Shown here piece after piece: positions 60,107 to 64,000 of a stretch of DNA of 64,000 nucleotides; position 1 is the first letter of the stretch, and each line of letters starts with the position of its first letter. The stretch lies in sequence record ON631220.1. One strand, 5' to 3'. The notes under the pieces were generated by a model, which saw nothing but the letters and a program-made list of their open reading frames with translations, had not been told where the DNA came from and searched no databases. A program made the position numbers and the translations under genes.

Positions 60107-62218
60107 TTAAAACCGCATATATGCGGGCTGATATGGTTTATACATACGTGTATCAAAGTCATTAAAATCAATTGCGATATCATACTTCTCAAATGATTCT
60201 TTTAGCATCTGATAAATGATTTTATTTTCATCAAAATTATTATTTTTATCAACATAACTTTCTAATGACTCTGTGATCTCAAATGGAGATTTAATACCCA
60301 TAATAGCTTCAACCATTGCCTGACTCCATTTTAGAATGTCATCTGACCTTGTTGAGATATTCGGTTCATCTTCTGTATCGAGAGTACATTGATATACGAC
60401 TGTTTGTGAATCCTGACCTTTACGGTAAATTCGAGCAATAGCTTGTTCTAGAATGTAATGCCTAAACGGTGAATTAATTGTCACCATAGTATCAGCCATC
60501 GTCATACGGACCGCTGTTGAAAGGGAAGCATATGTAGCTACCAATGGATTTAATTTAGGGTCTTTCTCAAATCTACTGATTATTTGAGGTAAATTGTCAT
60601 TGGTTTTACCATACACCACCGCCGGATGCATACCTAATTTATTGGTGTACTTATCAACAGTATCAACAACCTCAACAAACGATGTAAATGCAATCGTTTT
60701 CTTCATAGTTGATTCAGTGATACCAACCCAGTCAATATACGGTACCATGTCCACATGGCACTGAATGCGTTTAGCACCTAAAACCCTTCCCAAACATTCA
60801 CCTTGTATCTTTAGCATAACGTATTTTATAACTGATTTAATATCTCTAAAAGCAGCTATTTCATTACGAGGTAAAGTTGGCTCTATAAACATTTTTTCAT
60901 ATTGGTTAGATTCTTTAATTTCTTCACCAATGTATCGCGGGTCTTGATTCTTCTGAATTATTTTAATCAAATTCTTATAGCGAGCGAAACCATCTTTCTG
61001 CGCCTGGGTCTTAAGAGAGTTCTCGTGTATCGCCATTAGTTTAGCCCAATACTTCTCATCTTCTGGTCGGCGCGCAGCATAGAACTTTACACGTTCTCTA
61101 ATAAAAGCTTCACAATCACGTTTAATGGCATTAAGAGTATACTGTGATCCATTTGGTATCTTGATACGATACGCTTTTATCCTCGGTGGTAAAACCTCAG
61201 TATCTTTCTTTTCAATGACGTACGCAATTAACCCAAAGCGATGTTGGACAATATCTAATCCTTTCTGTGTCTCTTTTCCAAATGCTTTCTTAAAACGTTC
61301 TTCAACCTCATTGGTGAAGAGATCGTCTAATACTCTTAATGCACTTACTAATTCAGAACCAAGTGCTTTAACAGGGGTACCTGACGCTAATAATCTGTTA
61401 TTAGAGTTAGACATAAAACATATTTGCTGGAACTTAAGAGATTGTGCAGAATTAGGATCGTTCATATTGTGTGATTCATCCAGAATCACCGTAATGTTCT
61501 TACCTTTGAATATACCGCTTCTTAATAGATCAATTATTTTATCTTGCGCCTGGTAATGGGATATAAGTATTCTTTGACCGTTGTAGGCTTTATCATCAAT
61601 GGTCGACCATACTTTTTGTCTTTTCTTATACATCTCAATAATAGATGGCTTCCATATTAGATCAATAGACTTCTTTTCACAAACAACTATAATGATATCC
61701 GACTCAACCATTTCAGCAATAGCCATCGTCATGAATGTCTTACCAGTACCAGGTTTACCTGCAACAATATCACCACGTAAACCATACTGGTCAATTCGAT
61801 AATTATAATTTTCAAAATAAGCTTTTTGAGACTCATCTGGTGTAAATGTCAATTTGTCTAACATCTTGAAATTGAGTCTACCTGGTACAGAGTTGGTATC
61901 TACAGGACGAGTATTTTTTAACCAGGTATATTGAAGCATTGCTTCACGGATGGCATTAACAGTTTTAATAGAGATGTATCTACTTCTATAATTCTTTACT
62001 GCTTCTAGCATGTAATATATTTCAGGAGCAAAGAATTTATAAAATGAAATACTACGACGACTAACCGTGTTAAATAACTGCGTAGCTAATTTAGTGGTTC
62101 GCCAATACTTGTTAATATCTCTAATGAATGCAGCACCATCAAAACCACTGATGATAATTTCTTGATCAGTTTCAGTAATTGATAGCGAGCCCATTAGCTT
62201 CCTAAATGAGTCTATCAT
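60107..62218 (-). CDS. SF2 (SNF2/DEAD-like) helicase
   Basis: Walker A GKPGTGKT, DESH, SGTP and motif VI QAIARIYRKGQ. Confidence 0.9.
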   Translation of the reverse strand: MIDSFRKLMGSLSITETDQEIIISGFDGAAFIRDINKYWRTTKLATQLFNTVSRRSISFYKFFAPEIYYMLEAVKNYRSRYISIKTVNAIREAMLQYTWLKNTRPVDTNSVPGRLNFKMLDKLTFTPDESQKAYFENYNYRIDQYGLRGDIVAGKPGTGKTFMTMAIAEMVESDIIIVVCEKKSIDLIWKPSIIEMYKKRQKVWSTIDDKAYNGQRILISHYQAQDKIIDLLRSGIFKGKNITVILDESHNMNDPNSAQSLKFQQICFMSNSNNRLLASGTPVKALGSELVSALRVLDDLFTNEVEERFKKAFGKETQKGLDIVQHRFGLIAYVIEKKDTEVLPPRIKAYRIKIPNGSQYTLNAIKRDCEAFIRERVKFYAARRPEDEKYWAKLMAIHENSLKTQAQKDGFARYKNLIKIIQKNQDPRYIGEEIKESNQYEKMFIEPTLPRNEIAAFRDIKSVIKYVMLKIQGECLGRVLGAKRIQCHVDMVPYIDWVGITESTMKKTIAFTSFVEVVDTVDKYTNKLGMHPAVVYGKTNDNLPQIISRFEKDPKLNPLVATYASLSTAVRMTMADTMVTINSPFRHYILEQAIARIYRKGQDSQTVVYQCTLDTEDEPNISTRSDDILKWSQAMVEAIMGIKSPFEITESLESYVDKNNNFDENKIIYQMLKESFEKYDIAIDFNDFDTRMYKPYQPAYMRF

Positions 62219-62283
62219 TGCATTTTTCCTTAAGGGGTATGTAAATATAACTCTAAGTCATAAGATTAGCTAACGAATAAAAA

Positions 62284-62450
62284 TACGCACAGTGCAATGA
62301 TATAGAGCAAGGCAGTTTGCGTAAAACGCACTGCACTTTAAGGGGGTGATCCAGTCGTAAATAAACCGGGGTACTAAAGTATCGTCAGGAACGACACGAA
62401 CCCCAACTACGGTGCCTTGCTACTCACCGACCTCTAGATAGGGGTCGGAC
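62284..62450. ncRNA. Putative structured non-coding RNA
   Basis: About 50% GC by manual count in an AT-rich intergenic space; no ORF; multiple complementary segments. Confidence 0.5.
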
Positions 62451-62461
62451 CTATTACATTA

Positions 62462-62487
62462 AAGGAGCCCACCAGGGGCTCCTTTAT
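62462..62487 (+). terminator. Terminator
   Basis: AAGGAGCCCC-ACCA-GGGGCTCCTT-TAT. Confidence 0.75.
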
Positions 62488-62499
62488 GCCATTCATTAT

Positions 62500-62523
62500 A
62501 AATTAATTTAAATCTATATTACA
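62500..62523 (+). promoter_or_regulatory. phiKZ-type early promoter
   Basis: TAAATTAATTTAAATC-TATATTAC upstream of 62569. Confidence 0.65.
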
Positions 62524-62568
62524 GGATTACCATAAAGATATTTATCCTTTTATAATGAGGAAAAGATT

Positions 62569-62964
62569 ATGTCCGATATTAATAGCACCAATGTAACAGA
62601 TGAATTAGTACCTTATTTTCCATCGGCGGATGCCATTACTAGTTCTACTATTAGGGATGAAGTAATTCCTAATATTTTGTTATTCTACAAGAATGCTTTT
62701 AGTGACTTCCAACACGTTAGTAATATCACAGGTACTAACCAGATTGCATCAGGTTATTTACCAGGTGTAGGTTATTATTTCGAGTATAGTGTTACCGGTA
62801 ATGCTAATCTTATTCCACCTGAAGCAATTAAAGTATTACGTAATGTAATCACTAAAAATGGATATAAAGATGACATTACCATCACACCAAAAGGTTTTGG
62901 CCTAATCAATTGGTTCATTGTAAGAGTATACGTAGATGAGCAAATTAAGAAGACTACTCAATAA
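62569..62964 (+). CDS. Early hypothetical protein
   Basis: 131 aa; GAGGA RBS. Confidence 0.75.
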   Translation: MSDINSTNVTDELVPYFPSADAITSSTIRDEVIPNILLFYKNAFSDFQHVSNITGTNQIASGYLPGVGYYFEYSVTGNANLIPPEAIKVLRNVITKNGYKDDITITPKGFGLINWFIVRVYVDEQIKKTTQ

Positions 62965-63112
62965 AGAATTAGAAAAAGAGTTAGTTAAAAAACTAGATTT
63001 TCTAGAACGTGATTTTAGAGCTATAAAAGAAGTTATCAAAACTGGAAAATATCCTGATCCTGTTAATCCGAATCGCAGACAAAGTGATTATGATTTATCT
63101 TTTAATAATTAA
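62936..63112 (+). CDS. Small protein absent from the ORF track (58 aa, MSKLRRLLNKELEKELVKKLDFLERDF...)
   Basis: Manual translation; fills the gap between flanking genes; amphipathic helix. Confidence 0.55.
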   Translation: MSKLRRLLNKELEKELVKKLDFLERDFRAIKEVIKTGKYPDPVNPNRRQSDYDLSFNN

Positions 63113-63128
63113 CCTATAAGAGGATGCT

Positions 63129-63530
63129 ATGGAAATCACATTTCCATCTGTAAAAGAAGTAATGACAACTGATCCAGCATTTATTGATTTGGTTCTGAAA
63201 AGTAAATTACTTACTATCCGTAAAGCAATGATTGATGTTATTCGAAACGTTGAGAATACATCACTAGCATCTAGTAGGCTTGTTAAACAGAAAAGCTATC
63301 CATATCAAACTACTTTCGAACTTGTATTTAACCCAAAGGTTTTTAAATGGTTTGATAAGACAGATGCTATCAATATTAAAAATATTCTACAAACTGAAGT
63401 AGTTAATCAGGATTGGGAGAATATTGATATTTCTTATAATGGTAGGGATACACATGGTTTTGAGAAAGTAACTATTGTATTGACTCCTATGAAAGATGAA
63501 GCTGTTAAATATGATCTTTCAAAAGCATGA
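63129..63530 (+). CDS. Early hypothetical protein, possible paralog of 62569..62964
   Basis: 133 aa; GAGGA RBS. Confidence 0.75.
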   Translation: MEITFPSVKEVMTTDPAFIDLVLKSKLLTIRKAMIDVIRNVENTSLASSRLVKQKSYPYQTTFELVFNPKVFKWFDKTDAINIKNILQTEVVNQDWENIDISYNGRDTHGFEKVTIVLTPMKDEAVKYDLSKA

Positions 63531-63546
63531 ATTAAGATAACATATA

Positions 63547-63575
63547 CCCTCCCCTTTATTGGGGAGGGATTATTT
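63547..63575 (+). terminator. Terminator
   Basis: CCCTCCCC-TTTATT-GGGGAGGG-ATTATTT. Confidence 0.75.
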
Positions 63576-63772
63576 ACTTATATGTTTAATAGAATAAGGA
63601 CTCTACCTTGGAATAATGCTAATGCTCTTCACCAGAGAAAAGAGATATATAGATAGACGTATTACACATTATCAGGTTGAGTAGTAAATTAAAACAATCA
63701 ATAATACGTTATTTAATATTGAAATAGTTGTTATAAAACATTTATATTAATCTAATATAGGAAATAAAGAAA

Positions 63773-64000
63773 ATGGGTGATTATGTATATTCAGAAACTC
63801 AAGCTAAAGTAAACGATGAATGGATCGGTATCGAAGATATTGAACTAACACAGAATTATGATCTTTATGCATATCTACTTGATATTCGCAATTATTGGGA
63901 TGTAAAACCATTTGCTTACCATAATGGTGTTCCTGATGACCTGAAAAAGAAACCAGAATGGTGGTGTAGTTATGATGATGATCCACGCTGTGATGCATGG
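63773..64000 (+). CDS. Hypothetical protein, 5' partial (MGDYVYSETQAKVNDEW...)
   Basis: Manual translation; open to the window end; GGA RBS upstream. Confidence 0.7.
   Translation, partial: MGDYVYSETQAKVNDEWIGIEDIELTQNYDLYAYLLDIRNYWDVKPFAYHNGVPDDLKKKPEWWCSYDDDPRCDAW

Noticed and set aside
62370-62390. Hammerhead ribozyme (minus-strand CTGACGA followed by a hairpin)
   Set aside because: No GAAA after stem II and no stem III/NUH arrangement.
62341-62410. tmRNA, tRNA or RNase P identity for the structured element
   Set aside because: The GGGGGTGA start is suggestive, but there is no T-arm/CCA end, no tag ORF, no cloverleaf and no RNase P GAGGAAAGTCC motif.
63804-63998. Minus-strand 64-aa ORF
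   Set aside because: Antisense shadow of the better-supported plus-strand partial gene starting at 63773.

Overview
This AT-rich window looks like a 64 kb segment of a nucleus-forming, phiKZ-like jumbo phage (Chimalliviridae, probably close to Pseudomonas phage phiKZ). Gene order and protein sizes match my recollection of phiKZ gp146 to about gp208; this was not database-checked. It encodes a collagen-like fibre, split virion RNA polymerase subunits (beta N-part, beta C-part, catalytic beta' part), a RecA/UvsX-like recombinase, RNase H, a spanin-like pair, internal head proteins, a spike plus PAAR tip, an SbcC/Rad50 ATPase, the prohead protease, a giant tail protein with a lytic transglycosylase domain, thymidylate kinase, a DEDD exonuclease and an SF2 helicase. 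It also has early-gene islands behind TATATTAC promoters and many GC-rich terminator hairpins. The main observations are: (1) a 481-nt ORF-less group I intron that splits the RNAP catalytic motif AD|FDGD; (2) a Tad1-like immune-signal sponge domain fused to an acidic, head-protein-like N-terminus at the end of a late tail operon; (3) a GC-rich, multi-stem non-coding element at about 62.28-62.45 kb; (4) a +1 frameshift in an internal head protein gene; (5) an early island of small membrane-anchored proteins. No tRNA, rRNA or CRISPR array was seen.
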